Below, in pieces: positions 54,014 to 62,585 of a DNA stretch of 64,000 bases. Source of the DNA: a virus (lineage: Duplodnaviria > Caudoviricetes); IMG/VR virus record IMGVR_UViG_3300021185_002017. One strand, written 5' to 3'. A program made the position numbers and the translations under genes. Within the stretch, counting starts at the first letter, position 1. Each line of letters begins with the position of its first letter. The notes beneath the pieces are model-generated. The model was not told where the DNA came from. It did not search any database and saw nothing but the letters and a program-made list of their open reading frames with translations.

Positions 54014-56071
54014 TTATTTAGAAGTAGCAATAAAAACACCGTCCCAATCTTTAGGCAGTGTTTGAGTCTTTTGAAATTCGCAACGCTCAATCCACATATC
54101 ATAATAACCTTTCATCTTACCTTCAAAGGCATCGTGTAGTTGCTCACATAATATAATTGCTTTATCAAAGTTTTGTTTACGATATTGCATGTGCATATCT
54201 TCGTGCATTTGTCTTGCTTTTGCATACTTGCCTACTTTAATATCAAGTACTGTGTATATTTCGATGCCCACAGTCTTTCCTTTTACTGCTAGGTCATCTA
54301 CTTTAAGATAAAAGAATTTATTATGTGTGTGCTTGTAAGTGTCTCCTCCCACTAACAACAAGCAACCATATTCCTTACACTTACTTTCTATTCTCGCGGC
54401 AGTACTAACTGCGTCTCCGAGTATGTCATATGAATGTCTGGCAGTGGAGCCCATCTCCCCAATATAACCGAGCCCAGTATTAATACCAGCACCCATACCA
54501 ACTGGCGGTCTACCTTCTTTAACAATTTTATCATTGAATTCCTCTACTGCTCTAAGCATTAGTAATCCTGTGTTCACAGCACTTGCAGGATGATCTGGGT
54601 CGTCCATTGGTGCATTGTGTATGTGCATACTTGCATCGCCAATATACTTAATAACCATTCCGTCTGCATCAAGTATAGGCTGTGTAATGGCATCCATGTA
54701 ACCATTCATTATTTTTGTTAGTCCTTGAACATCATCACCAAAACTTTCTCCTAGTGGGGTGAAGCCACGCAAATCTGAGAAGCATATACTAACTTCTTTT
54801 TTCATACCTTGTTTAATTAAGTCTGGATTTTCTTGCAACATTCTAACAACTGTAGGAGAGGCATATCCAGCAAATTGTTTCTGTATTTCTGCTCGTAGTT
54901 TAAACTGTATCCAAAAGTTATTAAAACTTGCCTGTGTAAAGATTAAGAATGCACTTATTGCAGGAAAAGTAGCATCAAATAAAACTAAGTTTGCTGTATA
55001 AGAATGTACACTATAATATACAATTCCGCCTATAATAGTGACTGTAGTTACTAATCCTGCCCATATAGGCAACTTATATATTGCTAAAGCAATTAATATC
55101 ATGCTCAACAACGCACACAGAAGCTCTGTAAGCAACGATAATTCAGATCTGGTAATGTTACTCCCGTCTATAAAATTCTGTAGCATAGACGCTTGTATTT
55201 GCTGTGGTAGTACGTTGCCTCTAGGTGTGGGTACCGGATTGGCAACGCCTTCTGCACTCACACCCACAATAACGAACTTTCCGCCTAAGTTAGGCAGTTC
55301 ACTCGCATCTACATATTCGTGTTCTTCAAAAGTGTTATTAAATCGTATATATGCTGTACCATTTGGTGTTGTTACTATTGGTTCAAAGGGTGGTACTGCA
55401 AACTCTTGTATTCCTATTTCACTAGTCTTTAAAATGTAACTAGGTTTTTGTGTATAAGTCCTTAACATCTCAATAGCAAAACTAGGATATATCTTTCCCT
55501 CTACTCCAATCGCTAGTGGGTAAGTTCTTGTTTGGTTATCAGGCTGAGGAGCACTTGCTACTACTCCAATACCTGCGGCTACACTTTCTAGTGGTTCAAT
55601 ATTCGTTACGAGATTCGGCCATGTCAGCAAGTAGTTGGTAGCGGGTACTGGGCCTATCGTTCCTGTACCAATGTGCGGACCTGTACTCTTTACTCCTCTG
55701 GAAGATGGGGTTTGGGATAAAACTATGCCGTTGTCTTTCATCCAACTGGAAAGTACTGGATCTCCTCCAAACCGGTCCGTCTCCGGAAACATCACTGTTA
55801 GCCCTATCATTCCTGCATTCTTGTTTCTCAGGTCTGATATTAGTTGTGCAAAATTCTGTCTTGGCCATGGCCATTGTCCCCACTGTTGTAGGCTTTTTTC
55901 GCCAATGTTTATTACTACAACTTCGTTACTTTGTTTAACTTCATCTAATTGTTGGTAGTAATCGAATGTCTGTGAACGCAGACTTTGAACTGGTGTTGGG
56001 TCAGCAACTTTGAGAGCTGTAAGTAATACTATAGATATTGCTACGGCCCAGCCGCTGTATAACCATTTCAT
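54014..56071 (-). CDS. CHASE2-domain membrane class III adenylate cyclase
   Basis: N-terminal TM, CHASE2 (GQWPWPRQNFAQLI, VVASAPQPDNQTRTYPL), three TM helices, then cyclase FSDLRGFT, KYIGD, GINTG, YDILGDAVSTAARIE. Confidence 0.93.
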   Translation of the reverse strand: MKWLYSGWAVAISIVLLTALKVADPTPVQSLRSQTFDYYQQLDEVKQSNEVVVINIGEKSLQQWGQWPWPRQNFAQLISDLRNKNAGMIGLTVMFPETDRFGGDPVLSSWMKDNGIVLSQTPSSRGVKSTGPHIGTGTIGPVPATNYLLTWPNLVTNIEPLESVAAGIGVVASAPQPDNQTRTYPLAIGVEGKIYPSFAIEMLRTYTQKPSYILKTSEIGIQEFAVPPFEPIVTTPNGTAYIRFNNTFEEHEYVDASELPNLGGKFVIVGVSAEGVANPVPTPRGNVLPQQIQASMLQNFIDGSNITRSELSLLTELLCALLSMILIALAIYKLPIWAGLVTTVTIIGGIVYYSVHSYTANLVLFDATFPAISAFLIFTQASFNNFWIQFKLRAEIQKQFAGYASPTVVRMLQENPDLIKQGMKKEVSICFSDLRGFTPLGESFGDDVQGLTKIMNGYMDAITQPILDADGMVIKYIGDASMHIHNAPMDDPDHPASAVNTGLLMLRAVEEFNDKIVKEGRPPVGMGAGINTGLGYIGEMGSTARHSYDILGDAVSTAARIESKCKEYGCLLLVGGDTYKHTHNKFFYLKVDDLAVKGKTVGIEIYTVLDIKVGKYAKARQMHEDMHMQYRKQNFDKAIILCEQLHDAFEGKMKGYYDMWIERCEFQKTQTLPKDWDGVFIATSK

Positions 56072-56076
56072 ATCAA

Positions 56077-56084
56077 TATTTATC
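56077..56084 (-). promoter_or_regulatory. Late promoter GATAAATA (N5 to ATG)
   Basis: GATAAATA-TTGAT-ATG. Confidence 0.8.
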
Positions 56085-56589
56085 GTATTCTATTGCAGTT
56101 ATTTCTGGCTTCGGATAGCACATCATAGTTATTTGCAATCACATGAGCCATTATAAAATTTGGTGCGTATAAGTCGTTGTTTTGAATATCACGCCATTGT
56201 GAATATAATGCAGGACCTAGTAATATTAACTTTAGAAATATTATTTCTTCTGTTGAAGGTCGTTTGCCTAATAAGGGATTTAATTCTTCTACACAGTCAA
56301 ATTTTAATGCCTCTTTAGTTGTGTATACATCTAATAATTGTAATGTAAAAAATATTGTCCATTGCACATTATCAGCTCGTTCGAATGTAAAGTCTAAATC
56401 AAGTTTAGGGTGGGTGAGATGCTTAGGCATATCTTTGTACTGTTCTAATAGTACGCCGTTTATTGTTTCTTCACTGTAGCAACAATAATTACCTGCGTAT
56501 ATAAGTTGTTTTTGAGTTAATGTTAAACTGAGGGCATTTGTACTAAAAAATAAAAGCGACAACGATGCTATTATCATTGCCGCTTTCAC
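56080..56589 (-). CDS. Hypothetical exported/membrane protein
   Basis: GTG start, signal peptide, LQLLDVYTT...ELNPLLG hydrophobic motif. Confidence 0.65.
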   Translation of the reverse strand: MKAAMIIASLSLLFFSTNALSLTLTQKQLIYAGNYCCYSEETINGVLLEQYKDMPKHLTHPKLDLDFTFERADNVQWTIFFTLQLLDVYTTKEALKFDCVEELNPLLGKRPSTEEIIFLKLILLGPALYSQWRDIQNNDLYAPNFIMAHVIANNYDVLSEARNNCNRIR

Positions 56590-56669
56590 CTTACTCGCAC
56601 TCCTGAGGATTTTCAGAACAATATTTTTTGATTTGTTGAATTAACATTTTTATATCGCTCTCATTATCT

Positions 56670-56713
56670 GCCTTCTTCTCCTTTCGTGGAGACAAAAGGC
56701 TTAGTCCTTTTTT
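56670..56713 (-). other. Candidate -1 programmed ribosomal frameshift signal
   Basis: In-frame A_AAA_AAG (56713-56707), 6-nt spacer, then stem-loop GCCTTTT-G-TCTCC-ACGAAA-GGAGA-AGAAGGC (56700-56670). Confidence 0.6.
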
Positions 56714-56976
56714 GGTTCTTGCAATTCGTCAGTTTGTTTATCGACTTCCTGTTCTACAGTTTCTATAACACCACTAGCTGCTTCCGCTGCTGTAGTTGCT
56801 ATGCTAGAAGCATCTTTTAAAACCGCTTGACTTACAGTCGAAACGGCATTAACAGATCCATCTACTACGCCGGTTGTGAACTCTTTACCACCTTCAATAA
56901 CTGCACCAACTGATGCACATGACGGTAAAAATACCACCAAACTGAGACCTGCTAGAATAGTGAATAGTCTATTCAT
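56701..56976 (-). CDS. Small lipoprotein (amphipathic Ala/Val/Gly repeats)
   Basis: Lipobox-like FLPSC. Start moved to 56976 (AGGAG RBS). Confidence 0.75.
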   Translation of the reverse strand: MNRLFTILAGLSLVVFLPSCASVGAVIEGGKEFTTGVVDGSVNAVSTVSQAVLKDASSIATTAAEAASGVIETVEQEVDKQTDELQEPKKD

Positions 56977-57024
56977 AAGGTTCTCCTTAGTTTGTTGTAA
57001 CATGCGGCATGCATATTACAATAG

Positions 57025-57032
57025 TATTTACC
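57025..57032 (-). promoter_or_regulatory. Late promoter variant GGTAAATA
   Basis: Upstream of the lipoprotein gene. Confidence 0.5.
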
Positions 57033-57052
57033 TTATATAAAGGCAAGTTATC

Positions 57053-57169
57053 TTAGATTAGAAGTAATCCTATTGCAAAGCCTATGTTTAAGCCTATAGA
57101 ACAAACTAATATAAAGTCCTTATTAAACGAATATGGTACTAGTTCTACTATTTCTTTGTTATGTGCCAT
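57053..57169 (-). CDS. 38-aa single-transmembrane protein (not in the ORF track)
   Basis: MAHNKEIVELVPYSFNKDFILVCSIGLNIGFAIGLLLI, with AGGA RBS at the curlin stop. Confidence 0.6.
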   Translation of the reverse strand: MAHNKEIVELVPYSFNKDFILVCSIGLNIGFAIGLLLI

Positions 57170-57176
57170 CCTATTC

Positions 57177-58265
57177 CTAGTTGCTACCATTCACTGTTAT
57201 TGAACACCCTGCTGTGTTAAAACATATACCTGTGATGCTGTAAGTGCCTGCTGATGATGTCATGTTTTGTATTAAGTCAAGTGTGTAAGCACCAGTACCG
57301 TATGTTAAATCTATGGTTGCTGTTGCGTTATTGCTGCCTCGTTGGTTAACATCAACACTATGTCCATCACCATCTAACACAATGTCTGCCCATTTAACAC
57401 CACCGTTGCCTCGTTGATATAAGTCTACGGTGTTATTATCACCGCCTATTTCTATAAAGCCATCGTGTCCTGCTTTGCCCATTTGTGTATGCTCTACACT
57501 ATTACTATCGCCAGTAATAATATTTGCTAAATGATGTCCTGCTCCGCCGCCTGATCTGTTTGTATCTGTTTGATAACTTGCTAACGAATTATTATCTCCA
57601 GTCACAGTCCAGTATGCTTCGTGGTCTCCTACTTCGTCTGAATCTGTTGTGCCGTCGGCATGTTTGCCTTGCCATACTCTGAGATCGTTGTTATCTGATC
57701 CGGAACCCATAATAGCTCTAATATAATTGTCATCCTGCCCGTTACCCTGGAAAGCATCAATGCTATTATTGCTACCAGAAAATACTTCAAGGTAAGCATA
57801 ATGGTCATCGCCTTCTTGCCAAAGTTGTATTTCATTATCAGTGTTAGAATTACTAGTACCTGATTCTAACCAAGCATAATTGTTATCACCCATTACATCT
57901 ACTTTTAAATCAGTATAATTACCATGGGCATCTAATAATACTGCGTTGTAATCACCTTCTGTGTAGGCATCTAATGTTTGATTACTACCACTACTCCATA
58001 TACCTAAAACATTATTGTGGCCTCTTTGTTGTAGGCTTACTGTTTTTGTGGCGCCATTAAGAATGGCAGCTGAATTTGCGTTGTCTAATTTTCTAATTGT
58101 ATTGCCGGTCCCTGCTTGTAATATATCCATTGTTAGGTTATCACCTGTCTGATCTATATTTATTTCGTTGTCTTGGCCGTAGCATGCCTGTGCAGTAAAG
58201 AACATTAATATAACTAGTATACCTAAATGTGTTCCTGTTATTTTGTTTAATATATTTTTAATCAT
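57177..58265 (-). CDS. Curlin-repeat protein (CsgA/CsgB-like, long)
   Basis: Signal peptide and many QxGxxN repeats (IDQTGDN, ILQAGTGN, LQQRGHNN, LWQEGDDH, LYQRGNG, VNQRGSNN). Start moved to 58265. Confidence 0.85.
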   Translation of the reverse strand: MIKNILNKITGTHLGILVILMFFTAQACYGQDNEINIDQTGDNLTMDILQAGTGNTIRKLDNANSAAILNGATKTVSLQQRGHNNVLGIWSSGSNQTLDAYTEGDYNAVLLDAHGNYTDLKVDVMGDNNYAWLESGTSNSNTDNEIQLWQEGDDHYAYLEVFSGSNNSIDAFQGNGQDDNYIRAIMGSGSDNNDLRVWQGKHADGTTDSDEVGDHEAYWTVTGDNNSLASYQTDTNRSGGGAGHHLANIITGDSNSVEHTQMGKAGHDGFIEIGGDNNTVDLYQRGNGGVKWADIVLDGDGHSVDVNQRGSNNATATIDLTYGTGAYTLDLIQNMTSSAGTYSITGICFNTAGCSITVNGSN

Positions 58266-59433
58266 TTTGTGTAATTTTAATGTATATGCCTTCACACTGG
58301 TTCAAGCAAAACACTGTTTCTCCCGTATCTGAATCGTTAATAATAATTTGAGCCATAGAGCCTTGTGCTAATTTTATTCCTATTTTATTATTAACTTCTC
58401 TTAGAAAAAATACCTTACCATCGTATTCTGGAAAATTATTAAACTGACTAGTAGGGTCTCGACCCCATTGTTGGCTTATTAATTTATCTCCAGAGCCACT
58501 TGACAGTTTTTCTTCTGCAAGTGCATCTATATCGTCACTTAAAACTTCAAGTAAATCGTTTAAAAACTCTACATTTAAATAATCTATATCTAACTCAGAA
58601 AATTCAAATTGTCGATCTGTATCTTCTTCTAATACTGCTTGGTCTAAAAAATCTTGGTCTAATCCATCAAAATCTAATAACCCAGCATCTCCTTTTAATT
58701 GTTCCTGTTGTTCTTCTTGTGCTACAGTAATCTCTTTTGGTTCTGATACAATGAACATGTTGTCTATCATATCTAAATTTAAGTTTACTAACTTAACTGG
58801 TGGAGTTGGTATAGTTTCAAATGTGCTTACCATTACTGCTTGGTATGCTTCATCTAATATTTGTGTACCACCATCATTAGTAACTGTTATACTTCCACTC
58901 GGAGCACAGCCTTCTTCTAATTTAACTTTGTCTGTACAATCTTCGTCTGGCAATAATATTACCAAACTTCTACCCAGTTCATCTACTGTGGTAGTAAAAT
59001 CTGTTCCCCTAATACCAATACTGGCTGTGGGGGTTTGTATTTGTATATTTTCTCTTGCTACAAGTCCTAATCCACCTGTGGCAAATCTTGCTGTTCCTGA
59101 CACAAAATTTAAAGCCATTTTACTTTTATTAGGGTCTGGATCAAATACATACTCGTTAATTTCCATGTATGTATTTTCTGTTAGACTAACTTGCGTATCG
59201 TCTACAAATTTAATCTTTAATCTACCGTTAGCAGTTTCTACTTCGTCCATGCTAACAATATTTGTTTCTAGTTCTGCTTGTAATGTTTCGCCTGTAGTTC
59301 TTGAAATCTTACCTACTGAACCAGATTGTTCAAATATGCCGCCAATATTCTCAGCGGCACTTATTGAACTTGTTGCAACGCAACTAAGTAGCAAAAGCCA
59401 CTTAATCTTGCTGAACAACGCTAACCGATGCAT
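58258..59433 (-). CDS. FecR-domain exported protein with acidic C-terminal region
   Basis: Signal peptide, DEVETANGRLKIKFVDDTQVSL, QTPTASIGIRGTDF, SGSITVTN. Start moved to 59433. Confidence 0.85.
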   Translation of the reverse strand: MHRLALFSKIKWLLLLSCVATSSISAAENIGGIFEQSGSVGKISRTTGETLQAELETNIVSMDEVETANGRLKIKFVDDTQVSLTENTYMEINEYVFDPDPNKSKMALNFVSGTARFATGGLGLVARENIQIQTPTASIGIRGTDFTTTVDELGRSLVILLPDEDCTDKVKLEEGCAPSGSITVTNDGGTQILDEAYQAVMVSTFETIPTPPVKLVNLNLDMIDNMFIVSEPKEITVAQEEQQEQLKGDAGLLDFDGLDQDFLDQAVLEEDTDRQFEFSELDIDYLNVEFLNDLLEVLSDDIDALAEEKLSSGSGDKLISQQWGRDPTSQFNNFPEYDGKVFFLREVNNKIGIKLAQGSMAQIIINDSDTGETVFCLNQCEGIYIKITQND

Positions 59434-60196
59434 TTTCACTATCAATTTCTAAATTGATAACTCCTGCACATGCTGGTGTGCATGTAGCAGTCATATTTTG
59501 TATCAGTTGGAAGTCTCCATCAGAGCCTTCGTATTCTACAATCATGCTGTTACCGTCATTACTAGCCTGCTTTGTTGCGAATGCATTGTCGTCACCTGTA
59601 ATATCAAAGTTCCAAACATTGTTACTTGAATCTATTACTATACCTGATAAAGTCTGTGTGCCGGTGGCATTATTGCCAGAACCTGCAGCCCATACTTTGC
59701 TGTTAGTAAAACTAGTTGAAAAGTCATTCCTGTCACCTAGTATAATTAGATCCATGTTGTTGCTTTCAGCAGCTGCGTTACCACCAATATCTATATCAAA
59801 TAAGTTCGTAGAACCTACTACGTTTGATAAGATATCGTTATAATCAGCACTACCTGAAGCACCCATGTTCATATCCCAAATATTACTATCGCCTTGGAAG
59901 TAAAAGTCAAGAACTGCTGTGCCGTCTCCGTCAGCAATCCATGAACCAAACATCTCGTTCAAGTTACCGTCTTGTATTAAGTCTACAATTAACGATGCAC
60001 CTGTAAGTGTTAAGTCCGCACTTTGACTTGTATTCCCGGATAAACTGTTACCGTAACCAGCCTGTAAGATAGTTAAGGTTAAGTTATCACCAACTTGTTC
60101 GATTAAAACTTCGTTATCTGCACTAGCTAAGTTCATTGATAAGAAGCAAATCGTAGCGAAGACACCTGCAATCATTTTGCGTGTAAAAGTCTTCAT
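59402..60196 (-). CDS. Curlin-repeat protein (CsgA/CsgB-like)
   Basis: Signal peptide, IEQVGDNL, ILQAGYGN, LIQDGNLN, YFQGDSN, ITGDDN. Start moved to 60196 (GGAGA RBS). Confidence 0.8.
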   Translation of the reverse strand: MKTFTRKMIAGVFATICFLSMNLASADNEVLIEQVGDNLTLTILQAGYGNSLSGNTSQSADLTLTGASLIVDLIQDGNLNEMFGSWIADGDGTAVLDFYFQGDSNIWDMNMGASGSADYNDILSNVVGSTNLFDIDIGGNAAAESNNMDLIILGDRNDFSTSFTNSKVWAAGSGNNATGTQTLSGIVIDSSNNVWNFDITGDDNAFATKQASNDGNSMIVEYEGSDGDFQLIQNMTATCTPACAGVINLEIDSENASVSVVQQD

Positions 60197-60214
60197 TATA
60201 TTCTCCATATATGA

Positions 60215-61165
60215 TTAATCATTCTCATTATCCTCCGCTGACTTTTTGTCGTTAGAGGGGTTAGTTTTCAATTCTTCTGTGTCAGTACCGTCGACTGTAC
60301 CTAGTGTGATGTCATCCGATTCTAACGGATAATTTATTTTCCAGAAACCTCTTTCGTCTCCTTGTTCGATGAGAGCATACACTGCGGCTTCTATCGCTGA
60401 CCTGACCGCCCATGTTACACTTTCATTCTCTGTCATACCACTCTCAAGTTCGAGTAACTTTGTATCCATGTCAAGAAACTTGAATACATCACCACCCATG
60501 CCAACACTGAGAATAGTTTTGTATGTCTGTACATTTATGATCACTTCCCCAGTAAGTACACTAACTGCTCTAAGAGAAACTACAACGCTGTCTCTTCTAT
60601 ATTGATTAGTTGTGCCTATTCCTAGGTAACGAGCACCATTTCCACCGGTCTCAATATTAGAGTCGTAGCCTATGACGCCGCCTTCTAATATCACTCCCGC
60701 AAATAATAATGGTTGTACATCCTGTGGAGGAGTTTCAGCCGTAGCATAACTATCACGTGTGCTACGGATTATCTGTCTTTCTCTCACAAGATTATCTAGA
60801 CCCAACCCTCTTTCAACTACTCTGAACCAGGTTCCTTTAGGATCTGAATCAGCGCCTGCTGCTTTGAGTGCGTCTATTAATAAAGATTTTGCACCTTGGG
60901 TAACTGCGGTACTAAAACTAGCCGCCCCATCTGTACTCAATCTTTGTCCTGTTAAGTCGTCAAACTTGTATACTGCTACAATCGGTCTTGTTGCCGCTGG
61001 TGGCAGTTGTCGTAATTTTTTATATGTTGGTAGTTGTACTTCTCTAGGCTCTTCTATACATTCTAAAAAGCCAGTGTTACAGTTCGAATCGCCAGGCAGT
61101 GCCATACTTGCACAACCTGAGAACAAGCCTACACACATAAATGCAATTGCTATATTCTTAAACAT
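60215..61165 (-). CDS. csgG: Curli secretion channel lipoprotein CsgG
   Basis: Lipobox LFSGC, VAVYKFDDLTGQ, STAVTQGA, WFRVVER, NLVRERQIIRSTR, GGNGARYLGIG. Confidence 0.93.
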   Translation of the reverse strand: MFKNIAIAFMCVGLFSGCASMALPGDSNCNTGFLECIEEPREVQLPTYKKLRQLPPAATRPIVAVYKFDDLTGQRLSTDGAASFSTAVTQGAKSLLIDALKAAGADSDPKGTWFRVVERGLGLDNLVRERQIIRSTRDSYATAETPPQDVQPLLFAGVILEGGVIGYDSNIETGGNGARYLGIGTTNQYRRDSVVVSLRAVSVLTGEVIINVQTYKTILSVGMGGDVFKFLDMDTKLLELESGMTENESVTWAVRSAIEAAVYALIEQGDERGFWKINYPLESDDITLGTVDGTDTEELKTNPSNDKKSAEDNEND

Positions 61166-61701
61166 TAGCCGCCTATACTTCCGATTCCGATCGGTATTTC
61201 AATTTCAGTGATACTGCCATCTGGAGCAACAATGGTAAGTCTAATTACTTCCATTCCATCTTCTGTATAAGTTCTTAAGTAAGACACTGAATTACCTTCA
61301 ATCGTAAATTCGCCTGCATCTGAGTTTGTACATGTAATAACTGTTGCTGGGTCACAGAACATACTGTCTACCAATCCTTTTGATATTTGTGCGTATATTC
61401 TAGACTCTAAATTTCTTATGAATTTGTTTATTGTGCTGTTAGCATCTTCTCGTTCTGCTTGTCTTAGTGCAGACTCGATGTCGTCTTTGATTTTATCTCT
61501 ACGACTTTTTTCTTGGTTTTCAATAGTTAGGTAATGTGCTCCAGTACCTATACCATTAAAACTTGGTGATTTAAATTTGTGAACCAATTGGTCAGCGGTT
61601 GCTGTACTTGGTAGTAATAATAGCATGCCTAATAAAATGTAGCCTAGTACTAATAAAGGCGTATCCTTTGGTCTCATTTCGTTAAGTTTCTTGTCTATCA
61701 T
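61165..61701 (-). CDS. csgF: Curli assembly protein CsgF
   Basis: Signal peptide, then QLVHKFKSPSFNG, LTIENQEKS, NLESRIYAQIS. Coupled to csgG. Confidence 0.88.
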   Translation of the reverse strand: MIDKKLNEMRPKDTPLLVLGYILLGMLLLLPSTATADQLVHKFKSPSFNGIGTGAHYLTIENQEKSRRDKIKDDIESALRQAEREDANSTINKFIRNLESRIYAQISKGLVDSMFCDPATVITCTNSDAGEFTIEGNSVSYLRTYTEDGMEVIRLTIVAPDGSITEIEIPIGIGSIGG

Positions 61702-61704
61702 AGT

Positions 61705-61995
61705 CTATTCCTTCCTGTTTGTCTTTAACTGTTCTTCTGTTTGTGCATCCTTTATAATTTGTTCTTTGGCTTTATATTCTAAAACAACATTTACTTTTTG
61801 CTGTAATCTAATTAAATCTTGATCAAGCATACGAGTTTTGTCAATAACTTTAATTAAAGCCATGTGCATTTCTTCTAGAGCAGGATCAATTTCTTCTCCT
61901 ATGAACTTCCAGATAAAATACACAAAATATCCGAGGCCAACTGCCATCACTACAGGAAACCCGTAATCGTTAATAGCGTTGACTATTTCTTCCAT
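61705..61995 (-). CDS. Small membrane protein (N-terminal TM plus coiled coil; holin/BhlA-like architecture)
   Basis: DYGFPVVMAVGLGYFVYFIW. Similar architecture to 62199..62495. Confidence 0.65.
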   Translation of the reverse strand: MEEIVNAINDYGFPVVMAVGLGYFVYFIWKFIGEEIDPALEEMHMALIKVIDKTRMLDQDLIRLQQKVNVVLEYKAKEQIIKDAQTEEQLKTNRKE

Positions 61996-61996
61996 T

Positions 61997-62197
61997 TTAT
62001 TCTTCTTCTTCTACTAGTGTTGCCTCAATGTGTTCAAATCTGTCTATATCAAATTTCTTAAACACAATTGTGCCGTGTTTGTCTTCTGTTACAATAAATG
62101 TATCACCTGCTTTAAATCCTATTTGCTCTAATGATAATTCCTTGTCTAATTTCAATCCTTCCTCTGTAGTTTCTAGCTCATATTCTAGATATCGCAA
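61997..62197 (-). CDS. Small acidic protein, possibly AbrB-like fold
   Basis: LEQIGFKAGDTFIV pattern. Confidence 0.5.
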   Translation of the reverse strand: MRYLEYELETTEEGLKLDKELSLEQIGFKAGDTFIVTEDKHGTIVFKKFDIDRFEHIEATLVEEEE

Positions 62198-62198
62198 A

Positions 62199-62495
62199 CT
62201 AGTCTCTCCTTACATCAATTTTGCCTTCTTCAATGAAGTTTTCAGCTCTAGCAATACGTTCTATATCTGGTCTTAACTCTAAGGCACTACTAACTAACAT
62301 ATCAATCTTAATCATTTCGTTTGACATTGTTGTAGCTCTATTTTCTAAACTTTTACAAAAAATAGTTAAAGTTTTAACTTGCTCAACAACACCTTGGAGT
62401 ATTTGTTTTATAACTAAAAATATAAAGAAACCCATTACAATACTTCCAGCAATCGGTGCGCCAACATCGCCTATTAATTGAAAAATCTCGGTCAT
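62199..62495 (-). CDS. Small membrane protein (N-terminal TM plus coiled coil)
   Basis: DVGAPIAGSIVMGFFIFLVI, with GGAG RBS. Confidence 0.65.
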   Translation of the reverse strand: MTEIFQLIGDVGAPIAGSIVMGFFIFLVIKQILQGVVEQVKTLTIFCKSLENRATTMSNEMIKIDMLVSSALELRPDIERIARAENFIEEGKIDVRRD

Positions 62496-62585
62496 TGATT
62501 ACTCCGCCGTTTTATAATGTGTTCTTTACGGTGTTTACTGTATATGTGTATCACTCGTTATAGGAAGCCTACCTACCTATAACAG

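Noticed and set aside
54011-54016. Zero-gap convergent stops (TAATTA) with no terminator
   Set aside because: Common in compact phage genomes, with no further signal.
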